Source: Alphaproteobacteria bacterium
Lineage (GTDB): Bacteria > Pseudomonadota > Alphaproteobacteria > Rhizobiales > Rhizobiaceae
Assembly (NCBI GenBank): GCA_018829385.1
Contig: JAHJUC010000361.1
Coordinates: 1 to 62,109, forward strand
Length of the DNA stretch: 62,109 nucleotides
Direction: 5' to 3'
The notes below the pieces were generated by a model. The model worked only from the letters and a program-made list of their open reading frames with translations, made no database searches and was not told the origin of the DNA. A program made the position numbers and the translations under genes. Positions within the stretch are counted from its first letter, which is position 1. Each line of letters begins with the position of its first letter. Of the stretch, positions 29,719 through 38,327 are shown piece by piece.

Positions 29719-31077
29719 TCAGCGCCCGCCCGGGGCAAGAGAGTGTAACAGCGATGGCCGCAGGCTTCCCACGGGAAACCGCAGGCTGCAGTCCACGTTG
29801 CAGAGCATCCGCGCACGGACCAGATGAACGACTATGGCAGCAGTCGCAGCGAATGTGCCGGCGGCGGCTACTCGGAACCCAGTGACGCTTCCGAGCGCCA
29901 TGGCGACCGTACCCGCCCAGACCGAGGCAAAATACAGCAAGAACCAAGGCCCGGCCCTCGCCTCGCGGACAAGATCCTGGACCCGCGGCGTGGGAGCCCG
30001 ACCGAGAACCGGCCCGTAGCATTCGAGCCAGGTCATGAAGGGAACGATCTTGTAGAGCTTGGCCAATCCGAGGCCGGACAGCCATCCAAAGATGGCCATG
30101 TAGACGGAGGCCGCAATCGCCGCTTCGGATCTTCCCAGGGCAGCGATAACACCAGGCATCACCACCGCGAGCGCCAGCGAGAGAAACGCGAGGGCCGCCA
30201 CCTTCATGTTCAGCTCCAGATCCCGGCGCCGTCGCGCGCGATAGAAATTGACCACGTCGCGGCCATAGAAGACTGTCGCGCCGGCCGCCGAGATCGCGGC
30301 TGCCAGTATGACGGCAGGCACCGGCCAGCCGGCGAAGAGGGCCGCCAGTCCGCCGGCGATTGCCGTCACCGCCGCGCCGGCGGCGAACAGGAAGGCGAGG
30401 CGTGTACCGGACCCTTGCGCATCGGGCGCGAGAAGGAACATCGGGAACAGGCGATAGGACACGCCGATTGCGCACATCGCCAGCCAGCCGCCGAGGCCCG
30501 CGGCCGCATGGATTGGAACGCCCCGGGCGGCGATGTCGGTCAGAACCGGCACGGAGAGCGTTCCGCCGAGCACCTGGGTGAACACGAAGCCGAGCGCGGC
30601 AGCGACAAGAAGACCCGCGAGACCCGCGACCACGAAAGCCGACGGGATCGCAAGCGGGCGGGACCGGACGAGCGTCAACCCGAGAGACGCCGCCACGGTG
30701 GCGAAGCCCGTCAAGAGCAGAAGGCCGCCGATCGGCAACAATGGCGCGTCGATATCCAGCAGGCTGTCCAGCACCAGGAACCCCGAAACCAGCAACACCA
30801 GGCCCGGAATGATGCAGAGGAGCGCCGGCAGCATCAGGCCGGGCGATGCCAACGGCCGGTTCACGAGCACCGGTATGAACTGGAACAGAGCCCCGCACAT
30901 CAGCAGGCTCAGCCAGCCGACTGCGCTCAAATGGACCACCACCAGTGTCGCCGGCGCCCGAAGCCCCTCCACCGGGTATCCGTAGCCAACGGCCATTAAG
31001 GCTTCCGCTGCGAGCAGCGACAGGAGTGCTGCGGCGAAATAGGCCATGGTCCATCTTGAAAGCGGCTCACCGTTCAT
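29719..31077 (-). CDS. Uncharacterised polytopic membrane protein with repeated (H)..GW motifs
   Basis: About 12 hydrophobic segments; VHLSAVGW..GALFQFIP, IHAAAGLGGW..GVSYRLFPMF, GWLSG..LYKIVPF. Confidence 0.85.
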   Translation of the reverse strand: MNGEPLSRWTMAYFAAALLSLLAAEALMAVGYGYPVEGLRAPATLVVVHLSAVGWLSLLMCGALFQFIPVLVNRPLASPGLMLPALLCIIPGLVLLVSGFLVLDSLLDIDAPLLPIGGLLLLTGFATVAASLGLTLVRSRPLAIPSAFVVAGLAGLLVAAALGFVFTQVLGGTLSVPVLTDIAARGVPIHAAAGLGGWLAMCAIGVSYRLFPMFLLAPDAQGSGTRLAFLFAAGAAVTAIAGGLAALFAGWPVPAVILAAAISAAGATVFYGRDVVNFYRARRRRDLELNMKVAALAFLSLALAVVMPGVIAALGRSEAAIAASVYMAIFGWLSGLGLAKLYKIVPFMTWLECYGPVLGRAPTPRVQDLVREARAGPWFLLYFASVWAGTVAMALGSVTGFRVAAAGTFAATAAIVVHLVRARMLCNVDCSLRFPVGSLRPSLLHSLAPGGR

Positions 31078-31153
31078 GATCTTTGCCTTCGCGTCTGGTG
31101 CGGATCCCGATAAGCCGGGATCCGTCGCGCGCCCGGGCTGCAAATGGACCGCA

Positions 31154-31438
31154 TCAGGAGCCGCTGCAGCATCCGCAGCAGCTGGCTGATTCCCTCGAAA
31201 TGACGGCGCGCCAGACTTCCGGCCCCTGTTCGACATAGGTCCAACCGAAGACATCCGGGAATCGCGCTTCAATCTGATACTGCAGCGGCCGCGGCTCGTG
31301 GTCGCTGACGACCGCGAAGGCGTGACCCGGTTCTAGCGCCTCAAGCATGGAGAATATCCTCACATGGCGTTCGTGGTGAGGGATGGTGCGGACGTCGATG
31401 GCGGGGATTGCGGCCAGTTCTTCAGTGGTCATGTTCAA
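31154..31438 (-). CDS. DUF2249 protein with a Cys-rich tail
   Basis: IDVRTIP..ERH.RIF, SDHEPRPL, EQGPEVWR; ends SCCGCCSGS. Confidence 0.88.
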   Translation of the reverse strand: MNMTTEELAAIPAIDVRTIPHHERHVRIFSMLEALEPGHAFAVVSDHEPRPLQYQIEARFPDVFGWTYVEQGPEVWRAVISRESASCCGCCSGS

Positions 31439-31521
31439 GGCTCCGGGTTGATGGACGCGGGCGGCGCGTATTCAGCGCCCCCCACCTTCACGAAAGCTAG
31501 CAGCTCCTGGCGCTGCACAGT

Positions 31522-31535
31522 TTGTCCGAGCGCAA
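31522..31535. promoter_or_regulatory. NnrR-type box upstream of the DUF2249 operon
   Basis: TTGCGCTCGGACAA on the minus strand. Confidence 0.65.
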
Positions 31536-31616
31536 ACTTCAGACAAGCTCGGAAGCAACTCGGGATCCCGCTTTTCGGCGGACAGGCGGCATCGCGGCCC
31601 GCTTCGGTCGAACTGT

Positions 31617-31630
31617 TTGCGCCAAGACAA
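31617..31630. promoter_or_regulatory. NnrR-type box upstream of the DUF1858 gene
   Basis: TTGCGCCAAGACAA. Confidence 0.65.
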
Positions 31631-31682
31631 CGATCCGCAGATAGGAAAAGTCTAAGTCTGAGGTTTGAGGAGAAGCCGGACA

Positions 31683-31919
31683 ATGCCCTTCAAGCTGGAC
31701 CCGAACATGCCTGTCGACGAGATCATGCGCAGATGGCCCGCGACCATTCGGGTCATGATCCGCCACCAGATGCTGTGCATTGGTTGCCCGTTCGGAATCT
31801 TTCACACTGTTGCGGACGCTGCGGTCGCCCACGAAGTGGACGAAGCCGCCTTCACGGCGGAGCTCTCGACCGTAATCAGGCTGGACTCGTCCACCAAGAG
31901 CCAATCAGCGTTCGAATAA
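31683..31919 (+). CDS. DUF1858 (CxxC) protein
   Basis: VDEIMRRWP.T..V...MLCIGCP...FHTV.DA. Confidence 0.88.
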   Translation: MPFKLDPNMPVDEIMRRWPATIRVMIRHQMLCIGCPFGIFHTVADAAVAHEVDEAAFTAELSTVIRLDSSTKSQSAFE

Positions 31920-32008
31920 GAAGCCGCGGCGCCAGTTAGAAACATGTGAAGTTAGGGCGTTTGATTGAAGCCTTTGGCAACCGCAGACGAATAATACGGG
32001 AACGAGGT

Positions 32009-32707
32009 CTATTTAGTCCTGCGGTTCTCCGCAATTAGCATGAGGGTGTGGGGATCCGTGACCGAAACCTTCTGGCGGCCGCTGCGGACGATGCCATCCT
32101 CTTCCCAAGCGCTCATCAACCTGCTGACGGTGTGCAGCGTGGTCCCCGTCATCTCGGCGATGTCCTGTCGCGAAATCGGAAAATCGATCTCGACACCCTC
32201 CTCGGTCTTGCGGCCAGACTGCTGGACGAGCCGCATCACAGCTCCGGCGATCCGCTGCTCGACCTGGCGGGTCGACATCTCCATCACCCGGGACTGGGTA
32301 TCCTGCAGCCGCGTGCCTATCGTCTGATATACGTTTGCACCAAAGCCGGGGACTCGGGACTGGAGATCATGCCAGGCCTTGTTCTGCCAGGTCAGCACGA
32401 CGCAATCGACAGCCGCGACCGCGCTGGCGGGATAGTTGGTCCGCCCCATCGCAACTGCGATACCGAACAGTTCGCCCTCGTTGATATAGCGGGCAATGAC
32501 CTGCTCACCCTCCGGCATGGTCCGCACCACCCTGATGTGGCCCGAGAGCAAAAGGAAGAAGTGATGTGCCTCTTCATCCTGCGCGAAGACCTCCGCGTTC
32601 TTGGGGAAGCGGGATGAGCGAGCCGAAGCCAGAATGGCATCCGCATCTTCGCCGCTCAGTTCGGCGAAGGCAGGCAAGCCCAGAATCAGCGAGTTGTTGA
32701 GCGACAT
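32009..32707 (-). CDS. nnrR: Crp/Fnr-family NO-responsive regulator NnrR
   Basis: VEQRIA and [21 protein letters not shown]; lacks FNR-type Cys ligands. Confidence 0.92.
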   Translation of the reverse strand: MSLNNSLILGLPAFAELSGEDADAILASARSSRFPKNAEVFAQDEEAHHFFLLLSGHIRVVRTMPEGEQVIARYINEGELFGIAVAMGRTNYPASAVAAVDCVVLTWQNKAWHDLQSRVPGFGANVYQTIGTRLQDTQSRVMEMSTRQVEQRIAGAVMRLVQQSGRKTEEGVEIDFPISRQDIAEMTGTTLHTVSRLMSAWEEDGIVRSGRQKVSVTDPHTLMLIAENRRTK

Positions 32708-32751
32708 GCGGGAGCCTTCCGGAAGTGGATGCCGGGTTTCTACCCTCTTGT

Positions 32752-32765
32752 TTGCGCTTACGCAA
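32752..32765. promoter_or_regulatory. Perfect NnrR box between nnrR and pseudoazurin
   Basis: TTGCG-CTTA-CGCAA. Confidence 0.8.
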
Positions 32766-32838
32766 ATCTCCCCGCGGCTTGACCGCCTATGAATCGGTCA
32801 ACGGCAATCCACTGCCGCGGATACGAAAGGAAATAAAA

Positions 32839-33282
32839 ATGAGAAACATTCTCACAGCGTTCGCCCTCGGTGCAGCAATTATGGTCACTGGCGTGGGCCA
32901 TGCAGCCGAAATCGAAGTTCACATGCTCAACAAGGGTGAAAAGGGCGCTATGGTATTCGAGCCCGACCTGGTCGTCGCTGCGCCTGGTGACACGATCCGC
33001 TTCGTCCCTACCGACAAGGGTCACAACGTCGAGGCGATTGCCGGGATGCTCCCTGAAGGCGCGGAACCGTTCAAGAGCAAGTTCAACAAGGAGTTTACCA
33101 TCACGCTGGATGCCGAAGGTGTCTATGGCGTAAAGTGCACTCCACACTATGCCATGGGCATGGTCGCACTGATCCAGGTCGGCGAACCCGCCAATCTGGA
33201 CGATGCCAAGGCCGTGAAGCAGTCGGGGAAGGCCAAGGCCGTCTTCGCCGAGCTCTTCGGCCAGGCGCTGGCGGCTAACTGA
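32839..33282 (+). CDS. paz: Pseudoazurin
   Basis: VHMLNKG..GAMVFEP, GHN and CTPHYAMGM type-1 Cu ligands. Confidence 0.95.
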   Translation: MRNILTAFALGAAIMVTGVGHAAEIEVHMLNKGEKGAMVFEPDLVVAAPGDTIRFVPTDKGHNVEAIAGMLPEGAEPFKSKFNKEFTITLDAEGVYGVKCTPHYAMGMVALIQVGEPANLDDAKAVKQSGKAKAVFAELFGQALAAN

Positions 33283-33292
33283 GAGGACGAAG

Positions 33293-33496
33293 GTGAACCG
33301 CAACGAAAGCAGTTCCACAACGAGAGAGGCGGTTGCACGGAACGCTGCCGCCTCTCGCTATGACAGTTGTCATCCTGCGGACAACTTTGGCGATCTCATC
33401 CACAGGGCACGCTTCTCGAAGGAGGATCGACGTCTCTTGGAGGATTGGCTGGCCGCGACAGCAAGGCTCGTGGAGGCAAATGACGATGTCGACTGA
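33293..33496 (+). CDS. Small hypothetical protein with the RARFSKED motif
   Basis: GAGGA RBS; paralog of 5881-6120. Confidence 0.7.
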   Translation: MNRNESSSTTREAVARNAAASRYDSCHPADNFGDLIHRARFSKEDRRLLEDWLAATARLVEANDDVD

Positions 33497-33764
33497 GCGC
33501 CCCCCGGTCTCGGTAAATGACGAGGGCGCGACGGTCGACGTCGCGGTTCTCGCCGACGGCCTCGGCGTGGAGGCCGCCGACATATATTCGCTTATCCGGG
33601 AGGGCAAGTTGACGTCGAAATTCGAGAAGGGCATGGGCAATGACGCGGGGCGGTGCAGGCTCACCTTCTGGTTGGGTGCCAAACGGTTCCGGATCCTGGT
33701 CGATGCGCAGGGAAATATGCTGAAGAAGTTTCGAACCGATTATGGCACATTGGGGCGGCGGTGA
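33480..33764 (+). CDS. DUF6522-like small protein
   Basis: GGAGG RBS; G..TS..EKG.G.DAGR.RLTF...VD..G pattern. Confidence 0.7.
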   Translation: MTMSTERPPVSVNDEGATVDVAVLADGLGVEAADIYSLIREGKLTSKFEKGMGNDAGRCRLTFWLGAKRFRILVDAQGNMLKKFRTDYGTLGRR

Positions 33765-33819
33765 GACCAAAAGGACGCGATCAAGGACAGTGTTGGCTTA
33801 ATAGCTACGGTGTCTGCAG

Positions 33820-33953
33820 CTAAAGGAACATCGCCACGACAGTCAGCAGCGTCACAGCCGTTGCGGCCAACGCCGGTATGATCACGGTCACACCCGAGAC
33901 CACCGCCAGCGCAGCGATCCAACCTGACTTTTTTTATCTGCAGTCGCGCCCAT
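33820..33953 (-). pseudogene. Possible small membrane protein frameshifted in an A7 run
   Basis: AAGGA RBS and an ATG just after ccoS; adding one A gives MGATADKKKSGWIAALAVVSGVTVIIPALAATAVTLLTVVAMFL. Confidence 0.4.
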
Positions 33954-33964
33954 CGTCTGTCCTT

Positions 33965-34159
33965 TCAGGCTTCTAATGTGTTTACTCGTAAAGACGTTCC
34001 TGATCGTGGAGCGGCGCATCCCGGTCCTGATAGGATCCGTTCCGCCGCCCCGTCGAGATCTTCAAGCTGGCCGCTGTTCAACGACCAGAGGAACGCAAAC
34101 AGGCCGACCAGGCCCATTCCGACAGCCACTGCCACCAGCCATACGAGAGCGGGCGTCAT
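33965..34159 (-). CDS. ccoS: cbb3 oxidase maturation protein CcoS/FixS
   Basis: GL.AFLWSL.SGQ.EDLDGAAERIL signature. Confidence 0.88.
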   Translation of the reverse strand: MTPALVWLVAVAVGMGLVGLFAFLWSLNSGQLEDLDGAAERILSGPGCAAPRSGTSLRVNTLEA

Positions 34160-34279
34160 GCTGGGCAGCAGACCCTCGGGAATTTCCCCTTCCGCTGATC
34201 CACATCGACACTGGCAGCCGCGGTGCTTGGCGCGGACAAAGGCCTTCGCGGTTGGTCAGAACATTGATCGCTCTCCAGT

Positions 34280-34293
34280 TTGCAGGAGCACAA
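34280..34293. promoter_or_regulatory. NnrR-type box upstream of nirK
   Basis: TTGCAGGAGCACAA, with the same CTCCAGT/AGA flanks as the nnrS box. Confidence 0.6.
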
Positions 34294-34357
34294 AGAGTAA
34301 CGCAGCTGACAGGTCTAAGGTCTGGCTATCAACAACCAGGTCAAAAAGGACACTGTC

Positions 34358-35428
34358 ATGAACCCCCGCAAGAAGCTCCTCGCCACCGTTGCAGCCGCCG
34401 CTCTGGCATTCGGCGCGACCGGCTATGTCGGCTCCGCGGACGCCACCGAAACTCACGTTCCCGCCGTCGAGCTGGGAACACCGGAAGTGCCCCTGAATAT
34501 CATCCGTCAGGCGACGGATATGCCAGGCGTTATCGGTGAGCGCGGCCCCCAGACAGTCAGGATCGGGCTCGAGACCGTCGAGGTCATCGGTGAGCTCGAT
34601 GATGGAACGAGTTACCAATACTGGACCTTCAACCGAAAGGTTCCCGGCCCGCTCGTTCGCGTTCGTGTCGGTGACACTGTCGAGGTGCTGCTGAAGAACC
34701 ATGAAGATAGCATGGCCATGCACAATGTCGATTTCCATGCTGTTACGGGACTGCACGGCGGCGGGCACGCCACAATGGCGGAGCCTGGCGAGGAGAAGGG
34801 TTTCACCTTCAAGGCGCTGAACCCCGGGCTTTACGTGTATCACTGTGCGGTCGGACCAGCAGCCCAACACATCTCCAACGGAATGTACGGCATGATCCTG
34901 GTGGAACCCGAAGGCGGCCTGCCCCCGGTCGACCATGAATTCTATGTCATGCAGGGCGAAGTCTACACCGAAGAGACATTCGGAACGTCAGGCCAGCTGA
35001 CCGAAAGCTACGACAAGCTGATGAACGAGCAGCCGGAATACTATGTGTTCAATGGCGCCGCCGGAGCCCTTACCGGTGACAATGCCCTCAGGGCGAAGGT
35101 CGGCGAGACGGTTCGCATCTACTTTGGCGTCGGTGGCCCGAACAAGACCTCCAGTTTCCACGTCATCGGCGAGATCTTCGACAAGGTTTACAATCTCGGC
35201 TCCTTGAGCGGGGCTCCATTGCCTGACGTGCAGACGATTTCGGTTCCCCCAGGGGGCGCTGCCGCCGTCGACATGAAGCTCGAAGTGCCTGGCGAATATC
35301 TGCTGGTTGACCATGCGCTCTCAAGAGTTGGTCGCGGACTGGTTGGCAAGCTGATCGTCGAAGGACCGGAGCAACCTGACATCTTCCGCGAAGGCATCGA
35401 CAAGAAGCTCGGACTGCTCATCAATTGA
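34358..35428 (+). CDS. nirK: Copper-containing nitrite reductase
   Basis: HNVDFH, YHC...H...GM, SSFHVIG, VDH. Confidence 0.95.
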   Translation: MNPRKKLLATVAAAALAFGATGYVGSADATETHVPAVELGTPEVPLNIIRQATDMPGVIGERGPQTVRIGLETVEVIGELDDGTSYQYWTFNRKVPGPLVRVRVGDTVEVLLKNHEDSMAMHNVDFHAVTGLHGGGHATMAEPGEEKGFTFKALNPGLYVYHCAVGPAAQHISNGMYGMILVEPEGGLPPVDHEFYVMQGEVYTEETFGTSGQLTESYDKLMNEQPEYYVFNGAAGALTGDNALRAKVGETVRIYFGVGGPNKTSSFHVIGEIFDKVYNLGSLSGAPLPDVQTISVPPGGAAAVDMKLEVPGEYLLVDHALSRVGRGLVGKLIVEGPEQPDIFREGIDKKLGLLIN

Positions 35429-35440
35429 AGCATCACCCAC

Positions 35441-35481
35441 GCCAGGGCCTTCAGACAGAAGGCCCTGGCAACTTTTGTTTT
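35441..35481 (+). terminator. Rho-independent terminator after nirK
   Basis: GCCAGGGCCTTC-AGACA-GAAGGCCCTGGC 12-bp stem followed by a T-rich tract. Confidence 0.75.
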
Positions 35482-35517
35482 AACAGCCAGGTTCAAATCG
35501 CCGGGGAGATCAATTTC

Positions 35518-35901
35518 ATGTTCTTGACAGACACCATTGCAAGGTCCGTGTTCACACCTGCCGTTCAAGGTGAGCATGATCCCATCGTACAACAGTTGCG
35601 GCGGCGGATTGCAGAGTGCGAACTCGATTGCATGGGCCAAGAAGCCGCCGACAAGATGCTGGAAGGCATCGGTGCGGAGAGCGAACGCCTATCGCAAAGC
35701 AGAGGGCTGGCAGAGGCAAAACAGATGCGCGATGCGATCGTCAGCATATTGCAACGTCTCGGTGAACTTGATGAGCTCGAACCTGACGAGCCCGACCGTT
35801 CGGCATTTTACGAAGTAGCTGACCTTTTCGAAGATATCGGAGATATCGCGCGCTTGGGAGCCCTTGCTGCGAGACGCGCCGGAGGAAAGAGACACCCCTG
35901 A
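35518..35901 (+). CDS. Hypothetical acidic helical protein
   Basis: GGGGAG RBS before the ATG at 35518; 127 aa. Confidence 0.55.
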   Translation: MFLTDTIARSVFTPAVQGEHDPIVQQLRRRIAECELDCMGQEAADKMLEGIGAESERLSQSRGLAEAKQMRDAIVSILQRLGELDELEPDEPDRSAFYEVADLFEDIGDIARLGALAARRAGGKRHP

Positions 35902-35987
35902 AGACGAAGTAACGTTGTGCCGTGTCAAACAAGGAAAGACAAACACGAAGAACGCCTCAATGGGGCGAACCATCACTCTATAGCTCG

Positions 35988-36035
35988 GGTTCTGTTGCAA
36001 ACTCTTCGCTAACCGGCGACGGATAATTAGCTGCA
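35988..36035. mobile_element. Isolated IS6-family end
   Basis: 35988-36017 GGTTCTGTTGCAAACTCTTCGCTAACCGGC is the exact reverse complement of 9290-9319. Confidence 0.85.
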
Positions 36036-36070
36036 GTTGCCGAGTTTTGCACCGCCGCTCTCAACTTGCT

Positions 36071-36991
36071 TCATGAATGAGAAAACATCCTCAATCCTGG
36101 AGTCGGCATCCGCGCCTTCAAAATCGTGCCGGATTCGGATTCGGTGATATAGAGATCGCGGTTGTCTGAACCGCCGAACGCCATATTGGTGTTGTGCAAA
36201 CCGCGGCACGAATTGATGCGGTAGGCCGGCTCGCCACGAGCGGTAAACATCCAGACTGCACCAAGCCCTATATGAGCGACGAAGATGTTACCCTCGGCGT
36301 CAACCGCCAGCCCGTCGGGGCCACCGCCACCCGACATCTGAATGAAGTTCTGGACCTTCGCCACCCGGCCATGCGGCATTAGCGGTGCGCGCCAGATTGA
36401 ATTGGCTCGGGTCGCTGCCACATAGAGCTGGGTCTCCGCAGGGTTGAGGGCAATGCCGTTGGGGCTGGGAACATTGCTAAGTAGACAGTCAACGCGCCCG
36501 TCCGCACGAAGGCAAAACACACGCCCTGTCGGATCATGAAGGCCGGTAAGCCCCTGATCAGTGAAGTAGAGATCGCCGTTTGACGAAAAGACCAAATCAT
36601 TGACGGCCTTCAGGCGTTCAAGATTGACGCGCTGGAGAACAGGGGTGACCGCGCCGCTTTCAGCATCAAGCAACATGATGCCGTTCTTATAGTCGGCGAT
36701 GAAGATCCGACCGTCCCGGTGAATCTTCAGCCCGTTGGGTTCACCGTCATATTCGGTGACAAGTGCCCATTCGCCCTGCGGCGAGATGCGAAAAATCCTC
36801 CCGAACGGAATGTCAACGACGTACAGATTGCCTGCGCGGTCAAAGGACGGCCCCTCGATCAGGGAGTGGGTCGGATTGCCGGGAGGTTGTTGCTCCAGCC
36901 ATTCCGACCGCCGAGCAGGTGATCGATAGCGATCAGGCATCGTAGTGAAGACTTCGGTTTCGACTATAGGTGGGGCAGCATACATGGACAT
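36071..36991 (-). CDS. SMP-30/gluconolactonase family protein
   Basis: EGP, PNG, VND..GDLYFTD and PDGLAVD.EG beta-propeller motifs. Confidence 0.92.
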   Translation of the reverse strand: MSMYAAPPIVETEVFTTMPDRYRSPARRSEWLEQQPPGNPTHSLIEGPSFDRAGNLYVVDIPFGRIFRISPQGEWALVTEYDGEPNGLKIHRDGRIFIADYKNGIMLLDAESGAVTPVLQRVNLERLKAVNDLVFSSNGDLYFTDQGLTGLHDPTGRVFCLRADGRVDCLLSNVPSPNGIALNPAETQLYVAATRANSIWRAPLMPHGRVAKVQNFIQMSGGGGPDGLAVDAEGNIFVAHIGLGAVWMFTARGEPAYRINSCRGLHNTNMAFGGSDNRDLYITESESGTILKARMPTPGLRMFSHS

Positions 36992-37019
36992 TCTCCTCCA
37001 ACAGACTCGTAAGCCGCTT

Positions 37020-38327
37020 TCATTGTGCTCGCATTAGGTCCGGCAAGAACAGCACGATTTCGGGAAACGCATAAAGCAGGAAGCCGAATCCAGCGATGAT
37101 CAGCGCGAAGGGTAGGGACGCCATTCCAATTTGCCCAAGGCTAGTCTCAGGGACAATGGATTTGATGGCGAACAGATTGAGCCCCATCGGGGGAGTCAAC
37201 GCGCCAAGTTCGATGAATACGACGAGAACAATACCGATCCAGATGCCGTCAAATCCTGCTGCAATCATGCTGGGAAATAGGATCGGAACGGTCAGCAACA
37301 TGATCGACAGGCCGTCGAGAAACATGCCGATAATCAGGTACAGCAGAAAAAGCAGGCAGAAGAACATCAACGGGCCGACACCTGCATGCGCCAGGACATC
37401 GGCTATCCCGCGGCCAATTCCGGATGTGGTAATCGCGAAGCTCAGAATCTGGGCGCTGATGGTTATGAACAGAACCACGCAGCTGGTCAGGACCGAATTG
37501 CGAAGCGCCGCACGGAATGAAGCAAGCGTCAGATCACGGTAAATCAGCGCGACGAGCGTAGCGAGCAGGCAGCCGAAAGCTGCTGCTTCGGTCGGGGTCA
37601 CCACGCCGAAATACATGCCTCCGACAATTGCCAGAATCAGCAACCCGACGGGGATGGTATCGCCCAGTCCACCGATAATGACTGCCATGGAAGGGCGTTC
37701 GGGCGGCCGCGGAGCCATTTCCGGGCGGAGCAGCGAGACGAACGCGACATAGATCATGAAAAGAAACGCGAGCAATAGGCCGGGAACAATGCCGGCGATG
37801 AACAGATCGACAACACTTTCCTGCACGATTGAAGCATAGACGATGATGGGAATGCTCGGTGGAATGAGAATGCCCAGGCAACCGCCACCCGTGAGGGTAC
37901 CGAGTGTGAGAGTGTCGCTGTAGCCCCGCTTGCGCATCTCGGGCACCGCCACGGTGCCCACAGTCATCGCTGTCGCCATTGAGGAACCGGCTAGTGCCGA
38001 AAACACTGCGCAGCCCATGATGTTGCTATGTGCAAGACCACCCGGAAATGGCGCCAGAAGATGCGAAATTCCTTGGTAAAACCGCTTTGACAAACCGCTC
38101 CTCAGGATGATCTCTCCCATAAGCACAAACAGCGGAATGGAGACCAGAGTGAATGTGTTGGTGGTGTTCCAGATGATGTCACCGAATGTCGGCCACAACT
38201 GCGAGCCAGAGACGAAGCTGATTCCGAGGATACCGACCAACGACATGGCTATGCCGATTTCGATGCCAGCCAGGAGACAGGAAACGACGATGACGCCGTA
38301 GATCAGAAGCGCGATTTCCCAGCTCAT
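37020..38327 (-). CDS. dctM: TRAP transporter large permease
   Basis: IPLFVLMG, GSS.AT, LGILIPPS, TPTEA, TPPMGLNLF. Confidence 0.95.
   Translation of the reverse strand: MSWEIALLIYGVIVVSCLLAGIEIGIAMSLVGILGISFVSGSQLWPTFGDIIWNTTNTFTLVSIPLFVLMGEIILRSGLSKRFYQGISHLLAPFPGGLAHSNIMGCAVFSALAGSSMATAMTVGTVAVPEMRKRGYSDTLTLGTLTGGGCLGILIPPSIPIIVYASIVQESVVDLFIAGIVPGLLLAFLFMIYVAFVSLLRPEMAPRPPERPSMAVIIGGLGDTIPVGLLILAIVGGMYFGVVTPTEAAAFGCLLATLVALIYRDLTLASFRAALRNSVLTSCVVLFITISAQILSFAITTSGIGRGIADVLAHAGVGPLMFFCLLFLLYLIIGMFLDGLSIMLLTVPILFPSMIAAGFDGIWIGIVLVVFIELGALTPPMGLNLFAIKSIVPETSLGQIGMASLPFALIIAGFGFLLYAFPEIVLFLPDLMRAQ

Noticed and set aside
29195-31054. 619-aa ORF
   Set aside because: Only the last ~169 aa (DUF2249) are real; the rest is an off-frame overlap with the membrane gene.
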